NCBI RefSeq assembly: GCF_964204645.1
Contig: NC_134027.1
Span: 13,176,485 to 13,240,484, forward strand
Direction: 5' to 3'
Length of the DNA: 64,000 bases
From: Tubulanus polymorphus
Lineage: Eukaryota > Animalia > Nemertea
Part shown: positions 11,363 through 22,982 of the stretch, piece after piece
How the letters are laid out: every line of letters begins with the position of its first letter
Numbering within the stretch: position 1 is the first letter of the stretch
Notes under the pieces: model-generated
Told to the model about the DNA's origin: nothing
Seen by the model: the letters and a program-made list of their open reading frames with translations, nothing else
Database searches by the model: none
Made by a program: the position numbers and the translations under genes

Positions 11363-11850
11363 TAGTATCACTCTTGTATTATTTCATTGTTTCTCTTATT
11401 GAATAAGCCAACTAACTAATATCACTCTTGTATTATCCTAGTCAAATGTAAAGAATTTACAATATCATACTTGAATGAATTAAAACATAAATTACTTCTG
11501 TTACTTCATTTTCAGAAATAAAGCATAATATGTATTTAATACATTATTACGTATTTAATATGCCTAAGTAATAATTTTGAACCTTTATTATTCTTTAATT
11601 TATTCATATATTAGTTGAAAAAATAAAAATAAATTGGTTGAAAATTGTATAAAATAAAAGTTAATAAAATAGGCGTTTTAGGTATTAGGGTATCTAATAG
11701 GGTATCTAATACATAGGTAGGTATTAGGGTATCTAATAGGGTATCTAATACATTGATACCTCAACCCCCTTTTTTATTAACTTTTATTTTCATACATTTC
11801 AACAAATATATTTTATATTTTCAGCTAATTTAACAGTCGATTTCTTATTT

Positions 11851-12129
11851 TTATTCATATAATTTTTCATCAAGTTCATGAATATACATGTGATTTCTCA
11901 AACTCTTTTTATTTTTATATCTTTTATTGCATATTTCACAGCATTTAATATTATTCAATCTATCTGAAATATAATTCATATTTTCTATTAATTCATAGAA
12001 TTGTTTTATAGTATAAACTGAGAATGAAAATAAACCTGAAATCATAATAATTGATTTAATATTCTGTTGATTTTTATATATTAGATGTAATATTTCTAAT
12101 ACCTTATTTTCACTCATTTTTATAGTCAA
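11851..12129 (-). CDS. Small protein with hydrophobic segment and C2H2 zinc finger
   Basis: CEICNKRYKNKKSLRNHMYIH. Confidence 0.55.
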   Translation of the reverse strand: MTIKMSENKVLEILHLIYKNQQNIKSIIMISGLFSFSVYTIKQFYELIENMNYISDRLNNIKCCEICNKRYKNKKSLRNHMYIHELDEKLYE

Positions 12130-12144
12130 AATATATAGAATAAA

Positions 12145-12375
12145 TTAAATTAAAAGATGTTGTTTTAAATCATTTAAATCATTAACTTTTTTATTGTTAT
12201 TCTTTCTGTGGTTGTTTCCATTTAACTTCTTTAATTTCTTGCTCAATTTTATATTTTCATTAATCAAATCCTTACTGATATTTTCATAATAAAAGAAAAG
12301 CGCAGCCAATATTAATCCGCCTGCAACTAAATAATGTTTCAAATCACTTTTCCCAGTTGGGATGAAACCATCCAT
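12145..12375 (-). CDS. Small membrane protein with basic coiled-coil tail
   Basis: YLVAGGLILAALFFYY; preceded by AATTTTTCTCTTAAATAAATG. Confidence 0.55.
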   Translation of the reverse strand: MDGFIPTGKSDLKHYLVAGGLILAALFFYYENISKDLINENIKLSKKLKKLNGNNHRKNNNKKVNDLNDLKQHLLI

Positions 12376-12489
12376 TTATTTAAGAGAAAAATTAAACAGT
12401 TTATAAAATATTTGCTAGTTTTTAATTAAATATTTTATAATCATTTTAAAAATATTAAACTTTTAAATGATTAAATCAAATAACAATTA

Positions 12490-13115
12490 AATTACAGCCA
12501 AACAATTTAACATTTCAACAGTCAAACAATTTATCATTTCAACTGTCAAAAAATTTATCATTTCAACTGTCAAACAATTTATCATTTCAACTGTCAAACA
12601 ATTTATCATTTCAACTGTCAAACAATTTATCATTTCAACTGTCGAACAATTTATCATTTCAACAGTCGAACAATTTATCATTTCAACTGTCAAGCAATTT
12701 ATCATTTCAACTGTCAAACAATTAATCATTTTAACTGTCAAACAATTTAACATTTCAACTGTCAAACAATTTATCATTTCAACTGTCTTATCATTTCAAC
12801 AGTCGAACAATTTATCATTTCAACAGTCAAACAATTTATCATTTCAACTGTCAAACAATTTATCATTTCAACTGTCAAACAATTTATCATTTTAACTGTC
12901 AAACAATTTATCATTTCGGCTGTCAAACAATTTATCATTTTAACTGTCAAACAATTTATCATTTCGGCTGTCAAACAATTTATCATTTCAACTGTCAAAC
13001 AATTTATCATTTCAACTGTCAAACAATTTATCATTTCAACGGTCAAGCAATTTAACATTTCAACAGTCAAACAATTTATCATTTCAACTGTCAAACAATT
13101 TATCATTTTAACAGT
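12490..13115. repeat. 24-bp minisatellite (CAACTGTCAAACAATTTATCATTT) x ~26
   Basis: Head-to-tail units without spacers. Confidence 0.95.
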
Positions 13116-13168
13116 CTATTAGATATTTAAATCATTTAACTCAATTCAATAATTATAATGTAGAATTG

Positions 13169-13819
13169 TTACTCTTTACGCCAGTTTTTATGTTTAATTG
13201 TTTCATAATGCCTTGATTTATGTGATTTTAAATATTTACCTCCACAATAACAATGCACTTTTTCATTAGGATTGAATTTTCTAAATTCATAATCTAAATT
13301 ACATTGAACTGCAATATCTTTAAATGATTTTTCATTATCTAATTCACATTGAATTCCAATATTTGATGAATTTTCATTATAGATAATTTGTTTATTATCA
13401 AAATTGAAATAATATAATTGTCTTTTTTCAATTCTTAAGTTAATAAAATCATTGTAATCTTTTGAAAGTATTATATCATCATTTCTTTCATTGAAAGGAG
13501 TTTTAAGAATATTAATTATGTTTTCATCTAAAGTTCCTTTAAAATTTAAAACTGTGTTGAACAATTTAGGATTTTTAACACCGTTATCAAAAGTATCAAT
13601 TAGTTTAGTAATTAAATATGTTTCATTTGATAATATTTGATTAATTACAGTAATATTTTCAATTTTATAATGTCTTGCGGACACTAAATTTGTTGCTGAA
13701 ATATTATTTTTAATGTTAAACTTTGAAAATGATTTATTGGTTTCATTGATTTCGATTTTAAAGTTGGGTTCTTCTTCTTCTTTCTTCATTTTTATAACAA
13801 AATTTTTATTAAAACTCAT
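13169..13819 (-). CDS. Hypothetical protein with C-terminal CxCG..H..H zinc-finger tail
   Basis: HCYCGGKYLKSHKSRHYETIKH; the 5' third lies inside the TIR and is duplicated at 11027-11233. Confidence 0.6.
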   Translation of the reverse strand: MSFNKNFVIKMKKEEEEPNFKIEINETNKSFSKFNIKNNISATNLVSARHYKIENITVINQILSNETYLITKLIDTFDNGVKNPKLFNTVLNFKGTLDENIINILKTPFNERNDDIILSKDYNDFINLRIEKRQLYYFNFDNKQIIYNENSSNIGIQCELDNEKSFKDIAVQCNLDYEFRKFNPNEKVHCYCGGKYLKSHKSRHYETIKHKNWRKE

Positions 13820-14204
13820 TCAAATATAAATATTCAATGTTTTAAATATGAATTATTTCAATCACACTTTACTGACACTTTTAATGTTTAAAAATCTAAC
13901 TCATACAAATATAAATATTGAAATATGTTTAAAATATAAACTTTTTCACTCACACTTTACTCACACTTTTATACTCTTTTAGTTATCCATTTATTTTCCT
14001 TATATTTTTACTCGAAATCTGTTAAAATATGAATTATTACTCACACTTTACTCACACTTTTGTAATTAACGTATAAATGATTTTAAAATATATGAAATTC
14101 ATGTAAATTATGTTCATTTCCAGTTGAATTAGGAGTGTGCGCGACTAATTCAACTGTAAATTATTGTTATTTTCATTTTTTACGAGCTCGACCCTTCGAC
14201 CTTT

Positions 14205-14628
14205 AGTGAGTTAACTGAGTTACTTAGTATCAATTCATTTCCAATGTTTTAAATCCAGAGACCAGAGTCAAATCTTAACTCGGAACTGAGTCCTGGAGAA
14301 TGACCCATGGTGTCATCACAAATCCTACGTTTACGTACCATCGATTTGTATTCCTTCAGTTAATGCAGCGATACTCTGTATCACTGAATTCGCAAAGCAC
14401 GTATTGCCTAGGTTCTCCATTATTTGGAACAGTATCGTTAAGTTGTTGACTGGCGATATAATAAATTATCAAATACTAATTCCCGGTGTTGAAAACCTGG
14501 GTCCGGTGCCCTGTCCGACAGTGGGTATCCCCGTGGGAAAACCCGTTTACTATTTATAGTAAAAATGAAGAAATTCCGCGTTTTTGGAAAATTCCGCGAT
14601 ACCGTCTTTCCGCGATATGACAACACCG
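14205..14628 (-). repeat. ~400-bp repeat, inverted copy of 33452-33851, containing a CGGTGTTG...CAACACCG MITE-like unit
   Basis: Direct sequence match; third partial copy at ~34445-34568. Confidence 0.85.
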
Positions 14629-14857
14629 GTCGTGTACTATCGAAACATGGTATCAGTTCACTGGAGGACAAAATTAAAGCGATCCGAGAATTCAGACGAC
14701 CAGAATGTGTTTCCGAAATTCGCAGCTTTATGGGTCTGGTAAACTTCGTAGGCAAGTTTATTCCAAACTTAGCCACAACCTCTGAACCGCTCAGAAGGTT
14801 AACCAGAAAATGTGTGCCGTTTAAGTGGGAAAAGGAACAGGAGAGAGCTTTTAATTT
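14628..14857 (+). pseudogene. Ty3/Gypsy pol, part 2 (RT thumb/connection)
   Basis: GRVLSKHGI...KIKAIREF..P..VSEIRSFMGLVNFVGKFIPNLA...FKWEKEQERAF. Confidence 0.85.
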
Positions 14858-15158
14858 CACACTCCTAATTCAACTGGATATTATTGTTATTTTCATTTTT
14901 TACTCACTCGCCCCTTCAACCTTTAACCTGAAAGCCTATTACCCCTATTACTCTTAAAATAATCATATAAATGAATAACATTTAAATTGACAGATTATTC
15001 AATATAAAAGTATATATTTACAACATTATTTCAATATTCATATTTGTGTGAGGTAGATTTTTAAACATCAAAAGTGTTAGTAAAGTGTGATTGAAATAAT
15101 ACATGATATAAATCATTGAACTTCTAAAATCAATTTCGTAAAAAAATATGTATAACAA

Positions 15159-15832
15159 ATGGAATCAGAACAACCACAAGCTATCAATATTACAAATAAC
15201 ACTGGCGTCATAAATATATACTACAAGAAGTGTTCTAAATGTGAATTAGACAAATTAGCTTTAACAGAATTTAGTAAGCGTAAGATTAGCAAAGATAGTT
15301 TTCAATATTGCTGTAAAACTTGTACTAAACTATATACCAAACAATATCGAGAAGATAATAGAGAAGCTTATAATGATTATATGACAGAATATATGAGAGA
15401 AAGATATCAAACAGATCTTAATTTTAGATTAAAACAATGTTTACGGTCTAGATTAACACAATTATTCAACAAAGAAACACATTCAGAAACATTATCTAAT
15501 TTGTTGGGTTGTTCAGATGAATTTCTCAAATCATGGATAATATATCAATTCGATGATATGATAAAATGAATATAGATAATTATGGTGAATACTTTCATAT
15601 TGATCACGTGTTGCCGATTTCTAAATTTGACATGAATGATGAATACAATAAAAAACTTATTTGGAATTGGAAGAATCTAAGACCTTTAGAAAAGAAGGAA
15701 AACATAATTAAATCTAATAAACTAGATTTACAGTTATATTTAGATCAACTGGATAAAGCAAAGACATTTGTTGAATTATGGAATAGTATTTCACAGAATC
15801 AACCGCATTCTGAGGTTTTAATCAGTGGTTAG
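15159..15832 (+). pseudogene. HNH endonuclease of giant-virus type (one frameshift near 15567)
   Basis: KKCSKC...CCKTC zinc motif, LRSRL...LLGCS, FHIDHVLP...NLRPL..EN..KSNK; partial duplicate at 17236-17451. Confidence 0.75.
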
Positions 15833-16170
15833 AAAGCTGGCAATTCTATTTGAGCTTTGTATGTATATAATACATAGCTTTTGCTTACTACTAAAACATA
15901 TGTTGCCAAATATATCTTGTTTTCAATTCTAAAGAATAAATTAACTTCATCATAAAGAACATCTGTGCAGAAATAATTAGTTTGGTCGAACGTGCGCCAC
16001 GTCGGCAGTTAGAAATCAACTTTCACATACATAGTACGTACTGGATATTCTCTCTCAAAACACAGTTTACAGTTCTAAATCTAAGCGTAAGTACATATAT
16101 TATGAAGTAGGGAAACTTTTAAACATATTTAAGTACAGTAATTCATTTTCACGACATCTTTTAGATTAAA

Positions 16171-16637
16171 ATGGAATACAGAGATCAACCAGAAATTCCA
16201 AGCCAACCAACGGATGAGGAACCAGAAACGACGGATAGTGAAACACAGGAATCAATAGAAATGGAGGATAAAACTCTCGTAATTGACGAACAAACTTCAC
16301 AAAAGTTACAAGAACATTTGGACTATCATCAAGAAATGGTGAAAATTCTGAGTGATGTAATATATAATAAACAATTACCGCGCGAACTACAATTACCAAA
16401 TTACCAGCAACGCGACTTAAATTGCGGTTGGGACTCAAAGAATCGAAAACTAAGAAAATGAGTGGAGATATCAGTGCCGGTTTTGAAAGAAAACTGAGAA
16501 GAGTAGGTAGATTAATAAAATATGAAAAATTCAAAATATTAGGATTAGCATTTAGTGAAGTAGTCAGATATTTACCAGAAATTGAAGAAATGATTGGAAA
16601 CAATCCAGTAATTAAAGAATTCTGGACAAAATTATAG
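16171..16637 (+). CDS. Hypothetical protein, acidic N-terminus (probably one frameshifted gene)
   Basis: Overlapping ORFs 16171-16461 and 16422-16637; TAAAATG start. Confidence 0.45.
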
Positions 16638-16713
16638 ATTATAACACTGAAGGTCTTTGTAATATAGATATCAAAATGTAATCTCGATTGTATATATCTG
16701 TTTTAATATTGTA

Positions 16714-17028
16714 TTGTTTACTGTTAACTAAGTATTGCGCAATAACCGGTCCGATTGAACCGCTTTTCTATTGTTCTCCATTGTTCTACTATTGATCGTT
16801 GTTAATGGCGGCGGTTGTTCTGTATTGATTGTTTACTGTTAACTGTGTATTGCGCAATAACCGGTCCGATTGGACCGCATTTCTATTGTTCTCCATTGTT
16901 CTACTATTGATCGTTGTTAATGGCGGCGGTTGTTCTGTATTGATTGTTTACTGTTAACTGTGTATTGCGCAATAACCGGTCCGATTGGACCGCATTTCTA
17001 TTGTTCTCCATTGTTCTACTATTGATCG
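16714..17028. repeat. 115-bp tandem repeat x ~2.7 with internal palindromes
   Basis: AATAACCGGT at 16741, 16856 and 16971; TATTGCGCAATA and CGGTCC-GATT-GGACCG in each unit. Confidence 0.9.
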
Positions 17029-17759
17029 CTAAAATTTACATAATAAATATATGTGTTTATGAAATAATATTTCCACCAGTCGTTTCGTTGAATTGATTTT
17101 CAGTTGAGGATTTATTATCGAGGATCCGAAATGACTTATCAAAAGCAGCGAGGAATGAAAAAGGATGACGTTAGTCGAAGAAATGGAAGAGGATTCTAAA
17201 ATATTAATAAATTTTATTAAAAATTTGATTTATAAATGGAAAGGAATGATGAATACAATAAGAAACTTATTTGGAATTTGAAAAATTTAAGACCTCTTGA
17301 AAAGAAAGAAAATAAAATCAAATCTAATAAAATAGATTTACAGTTATATTTAGAACAGTTAACAAAGGCAAAGAAATTTATTGATCAATGGAACAATGAT
17401 CCAAATAATGAACAATATGTTGAGGAATTTGATATCAAGGATCCGAAATGACTTATCTGGACAGTTATAATTACTGCTTCTAATAGATAAACAAAAGTAG
17501 TGAGATATCAAATAGAATTCAAATAAAATATATTAAAAAAACAATAACGTCAACTGCTAGTGAATTCTATTATATTTTTAATATTTTCTTTTCAAAAAGA
17601 GAATACTTTATATTTTGAATAGATTCAAATAGAAATTCTTTAAATTCAAATAGCTAGTATCAGTAGTCAATACTAGAATTCTTTAGCTTTCACTATCTAG
17701 TATCATTTGAAGAATACTTATAATATTTTTCTTATTAAATTTCTCTAATATAATTGTCA

Positions 17760-18726
17760 AAGAAATCTAATAAGAATAGTATTGATATTGAAAAAACATT
17801 AGATGATTTAGGTATTAGTGATAATAAGGATCCAGTTGTTTTACTAATTCTATTCAAGTTAATAACAATATTGATTATGAATACTATTTATATTGTAAAC
17901 ACCATCTTGAGTTACTAATTGCTGGCGGGAAATCTAAGGATTTCTTGGGAAAAATAATAACTTTTCAAGAATTAGATGCTATGAAACCCGAGAAAGTAAT
18001 AAAATATTTTTAGATTTATGAAGAAGCAAGATTAGCCCGAATAAATGATTCTATTTCAGATGGTATTGTCAAATGTTATTCTAAGTTATGTAACCAGTTA
18101 ATACCAATTAATGATGAAAATAAATCATATAGTGATTTAAAAAATGACTATTTAGTTATGACTGAATTACAAAAATGGGTCGGTTATGCTTCATTCCAAT
18201 TAGGATCTGTTATGACAATTTCTACTGGTGTCATAACATTTTCGAATATCAAGCCTATGGAATATAAATCAGGTAAGAACGAAACAGATGTACTACAACC
18301 AAACGTCGAAACAGAAAATGAATCAGAACAAAAATTAACTAAAATAAATGAGTGATGATGTTAAGAAAAAGGCTAGATCTGAGAAACAAATAAAATGGGC
18401 AACAGAATTAGGTATCTGCAGAATTAGAATCTGCAGAATTAAAAAAAGCTAAGAAAAAGAAATTAACTGATATAAATGAATCACAGACTTTATCTGATAT
18501 TAATTCAAATAATAATCCATCTGATTCTTCTAATGCTGGAAGTAATTATAAATTATATATTACAATTGGATTAGTAACAGTTATTATATTATCTGGTGTA
18601 ATATATAAATCAAAATTCAAATCTGATGATAAAGATGATTCCAATGACAATAAACCTATCATACCAGAAAATAAGTCAAATCATAAAACCATTGAAACTA
18701 AATCTAAATTATTATTAATGGATTAA
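17760..18726 (+). pseudogene. Decayed homologs of the element-1 genes 2280-2885 and 2818-3186
   Basis: IEKTLDDLGI, YEYYLYCKH.LE.LIA.GK and KKARSEKQIKW motifs with frameshifts and stops. Confidence 0.75.
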
Positions 18727-19824
18727 AATAAGAGGAAAAAAGAACAATATTTAAGAGAGTTATATTATAACCCAGAAAGTGAAGCATCATATTCTAACGT
18801 TTCAGAATTATGGAATAAAATTAAATCTGATAATGAAAATGGTAATATAAAATATAGTGAACTAAGGTTATGGTTACAAAATCAACCAACATATCAAATC
18901 CACAAGAAAATGGATAAAACTTATTTAACAAGAAAAGTTATGGTTTCATATATTGATCAACAATGGCAAGCAGATCTAATTGACATGAAGAACTTAGAAG
19001 AATACAACAAAGGATATTTCTGGATATTAAATGTTATAGACATATTCAGTCGATACGCATGGTCAATTCCAATCAAAAATAAAACTGGTATAGAAGTTAC
19101 AAATGCTTTTAAATCAATATTCAAAGAAGATATTCCAGATATGATACAATTTGATGAAGGTAAGGAATTTTATAACAAACATTTCAAAAAAGCTATTATC
19201 TGATAACGATGTAAAATATTTTTCAACACATTCAGATAAAAAAGCATCTATTATAGAAAGATTTAATGAAACATTGAAAACTAGAATGTGGAAATATTTT
19301 ACTGCTAATGAAACATATAAATATATCGATGTGTTAGATGATTTAGTGAAAGGTTATAATAATTCTAAACATAGTTCTATAAATATGAAACCTATACAAG
19401 CTAGAAAAGAAGATAATTCAGAAATAGTTTGGAATAATTTATATGGCGCGTTTGTTACACATGATTTCGGTGAACCTAAATTTAAAATTGGACAACACGT
19501 AAGAATATCTAAATATAGAAAAACATTTTATAAAGGTTATACTCCTAATTTTACTGAAGAAATATTCAAGATTAAAAAGATAATATTAACTAAACCATTT
19601 GTTTATAAACTAGAAGATCTAAAAGATGAAGAAATATTAGGTTATTTCTATGAACAAGAATTATCACTTGTACCAAATCCAGATGAAATAGAATACAAAA
19701 TAGAAAAAGTATTGAAATCAAAAACTCTTAAAGGAAAAAAGTATTCTTTGGTGAAATATAAAGGATACGATGATAAATTTAATGAATGGATTTGATTTTA
19801 TCTAGTAAAATTAAAAGAATAAAT
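18718..19824 (+). pseudogene. Polinton integrase with chromodomain (frameshifted)
   Basis: EQYLRELYYNPES, WQADLIDM, IDIFSRY, QFDEGKEF, IERFNETL; frameshift near 19190. Confidence 0.9.
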
Positions 19825-20434
19825 GAATAAAGATTTATTTATATTTGAACCGCATAATATGTTAGTTACTGGTGTAACCAATTGTGGTAAAACACATTTC
19901 ATATTAGATTTGTTAGAAACTGTTTATAAGAATCATTTTGATAACATAATATTATTTTGTCCTACTTATGAAATGAATAAAACATATAATAGAGATATAG
20001 TTGAGATGAAAAAGTTTATTATATTAAATCCTAAAACAGTAAAAGAAAATTTAGATAATTGTATAAAGGTAGCAATTGATACTTATAAAGGATCAAATAC
20101 ATTATTCATTATAGATGATTGTGCTAATCTACATGATTCAAAAGTGAGAGAAAGTGAGTTATGTTATCTAGCTTTCTCTGGGAGACATTTTGGGATAACA
20201 ACATGGGTCTTAAATCAAAAATATAATTCAATTGTTAAAGACTTTAGGGAGAATATAAGACTTCTAGTTTTATTCTACAATAAAGATAGAAAATCTATGC
20301 AACAATCATTGGAAGAAAATCAAATTATACCTACTGAATTACATGATGAATATATGAATAAATTAAAGAATAATAAAGGTTCAAAATTATTACTGAGACT
20401 ACAATTTCCATATGAATATAAATTTATAAAATAA
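19823..20434 (+). CDS. A32/FtsK-like packaging ATPase; intact
   Basis: GVTNCGKT, LFIIDD; very similar to 1386-1994. Confidence 0.9.
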   Translation: MNKDLFIFEPHNMLVTGVTNCGKTHFILDLLETVYKNHFDNIILFCPTYEMNKTYNRDIVEMKKFIILNPKTVKENLDNCIKVAIDTYKGSNTLFIIDDCANLHDSKVRESELCYLAFSGRHFGITTWVLNQKYNSIVKDFRENIRLLVLFYNKDRKSMQQSLEENQIIPTELHDEYMNKLKNNKGSKLLLRLQFPYEYKFIK

Positions 20435-20447
20435 CTATTTGTATACC

Positions 20448-20800
20448 TATGTATTAGATACCCTAATACCGGATACCCCATTAGATACCCTAATACCTGA
20501 TACCCTATTAGATACCTTGAATACTTAAAACCCCCTTTATTAAAATAAATATTATTTATACAATTTTCAACCAATTTATTTTTATTTTTTCAACTAATAT
20601 ATGAATAAGTTTGAAAATAATAAAGGTTATTTATTATTACTGAGGTTTCAATATAAATTTTAAAAAGAAATATAATTTAAGGTATTTTCAAATAATATGT
20701 ATTAGATATGTATTAGATATGTATCAGATACCCTATTAGATACCTTAAATACTTAAAACCCCTTTTTTATTTACTATTATTTTATACAATTTTCAACTAA
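20448..20800. repeat. TATTAGATACCC-type short repeats between convergent genes
   Basis: Repeated motif; the block recurs inverted at ~11570-11830 in the mini-element. Confidence 0.75.
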
Positions 20801-20829
20801 TATTATTATTTGAGTTAAATATAATTAAT

Positions 20830-21683
20830 ATCTTAATCACTTTCATCATCACTCTCCAATTCACTATCAGACCCTAACAATTTATTCAAATTCTCTACAT
20901 AATTTTCTTGTTCAAATTCTCTATTATTTTTATACTTATTCTTCACTTTTTTACCGCATCATCAATAGTTGTTTCATTGTTATGCTTATTCATCCAATCA
21001 AATTTATCATTATTTTATACTTTATGTTTCATAGAATCTTTATTAGTGTTTGCTCCTAATATTTCATTTACAGTGTTTGATCCTAATATTTCATTAGCAT
21101 CGGTTAGATCTAATTCATCTTTATTAGGTGTTGCTAATAATAAATCTTCATATATTTTTTCACCATTTACTTTTTGATTTGAAACAAACTTTGTAACATA
21201 TCTAAATGGGTGTTCTATAAATTCTTTTAAAACAACACGTTCTATAAAATTATTTATATGTACCCTTGTATTCATATGTTTATTCCAATTTGATGTAGCG
21301 TTTGAAAATTCACTTTTACAATATCCACAATAATTTCTATTTTCACTAACATTTCATATTATTTCATTATTAGATGTAGAAGGTATTACATTATTAGATG
21401 TAGTAGGTATTACATTATTAGATGTAGAAGGTATTACATTATTAGATGTAGTAGGTATTACATTATTAGATGTAGAAGGTATTACATTATTATCAATTAC
21501 ATTACTTAAATTATCAACAACACTACTTTTATTATTATCGATTTCTATTAGTTTAGTTTTATAGATTTTGAAAATAGGATCAAATATCAAAGCTATATTA
21601 CAAGGTATTACATAATATAAACCACCATTATTTTCATGTGTATCGATGTATGGAATATGTTTATATACTTTACCTCCTTCCAT
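20830..21683 (-). pseudogene. Hypothetical gene with NNVIP(S/T)TS 24-bp repeats, frameshifted
   Basis: ORFs 21354-21683 and 21015-21275; about 5 repeat units at 21368-21490. Confidence 0.5.
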
Positions 21684-21715
21684 TTATTATATACATTTTT
21701 ATTAAAGTTTAAATT

Positions 21716-22962
21716 TTAATACATAACACTATTTAATTGAGAATTTACAATATTTAATTGCGCGTCAGATATAATATAAATGTGCATTTTAAAATTTTTG
21801 ATTCCTTTATTCTTTGTCATGAATAATTGTATTCCATCTTTTGTGTTCTGTAATTTTTTTCCAGAACCATGTAATGAATTATCCTCTGTTGTTCTAAAAT
21901 CTAACCATAATGCATATTTATTACCGGTATGATAATCAATTGATTAATATTACAATTTTCAGATGATTTTACTTTTTCATCCATAAAATGTTTTCTAATT
22001 TCTGGCCATTGATCAATCATTCTCATTCCTTGACAAAATATTTTATTTGCTATTCCTTCGATAGTTATTTCTACTTTTGTTATTTCAGGATTATAATAAT
22101 TATCAACATTTATTGCGCTATTAGAATATGTTGCAATGGTAAAAAATATCAATATACCTTTAATAGATCTTCTTGGGAAGTTAATATTCTCATTAATTAT
22201 TTCGTCATTTGCATTAATAGTTACGGTTTTAAATTTATCAATATAATCAGATAATAATGAAAATCCTTGATTGTATTGAGTTTGAATTATACTTGCAATA
22301 TTTTCATCAGTTACTGTATCATATTCTAAACATATATTCGATAATTTATAACTCATAACTTTATTAACGCTAGATATTACAATTTCATTTACAGGAGCAA
22401 ATGTTATTTCGAATATAACGTCTTCTTGAATTGCGTATTTATATAAAGGTGCATTGTTATTTATCAATTCAAAGTCTAATGGAAGTTTATATTTGCTTCC
22501 ATATATACTTTTTATCAATTTATCTATAGAATTAGTTAATATTGCATTATGTGCTTCTGATCTTAATTTATTTTGGTTTTCTGATTGGATTCCTTGAAAT
22601 ATCATATTATTTCTATTTTCTTTAGTTAACCATAAATCTTTATAATGCATAAATAAATTATAATCATCTAATGAGAAAACTGTTTCTGGACCAATCTTTA
22701 TAGTTAATTTTTTCATCAAATATCTTCCAACATTATCGACAACATAATTATTATTATTACCGGTTACTTTTATATCGGCTGATAAATAAATACTATTTGG
22801 AACATAAAAAGTATTTTGTGTTAATCGAGGGATTCTAACATATAAAGTTTCATCAGGATTAATATTAGAAGGGTTATGAGTAATTATATGATGTGATCTT
22901 TCTGCTTTAATAGCATTAGATATTCTATGATTCTTAGAAGGATTGATATAACTCCCACTCAT
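21716..22962 (-). CDS. Putative major capsid protein (double jelly-roll), one frameshift near 21930
   Basis: ~415 codons, beta-rich, at the end of the structural cluster; C-terminus matches 3-227; the fold is inferred from size and context. Confidence 0.65.
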
Positions 22963-22982
22963 TTATTTAACAAAAAAATTAA

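Larger units (their letters stand above)
10614..14204. mobile_element. Non-autonomous mini-element with ~590-bp TIRs sharing Polinton element-2 termini
   Basis: 10642-11233 is the reverse complement of 13613-14204; starts AGTAATAGGG like the element-2 end; no pPolB, integrase or capsid gene. Confidence 0.8.

Noticed and set aside
12487-13115. CRISPR-like array or MINCLTVE repeat proteins
   Set aside because: Head-to-tail 24-bp units with no unique spacers and no cas genes; the ORFs arise from a stop-free unit of length divisible by 3
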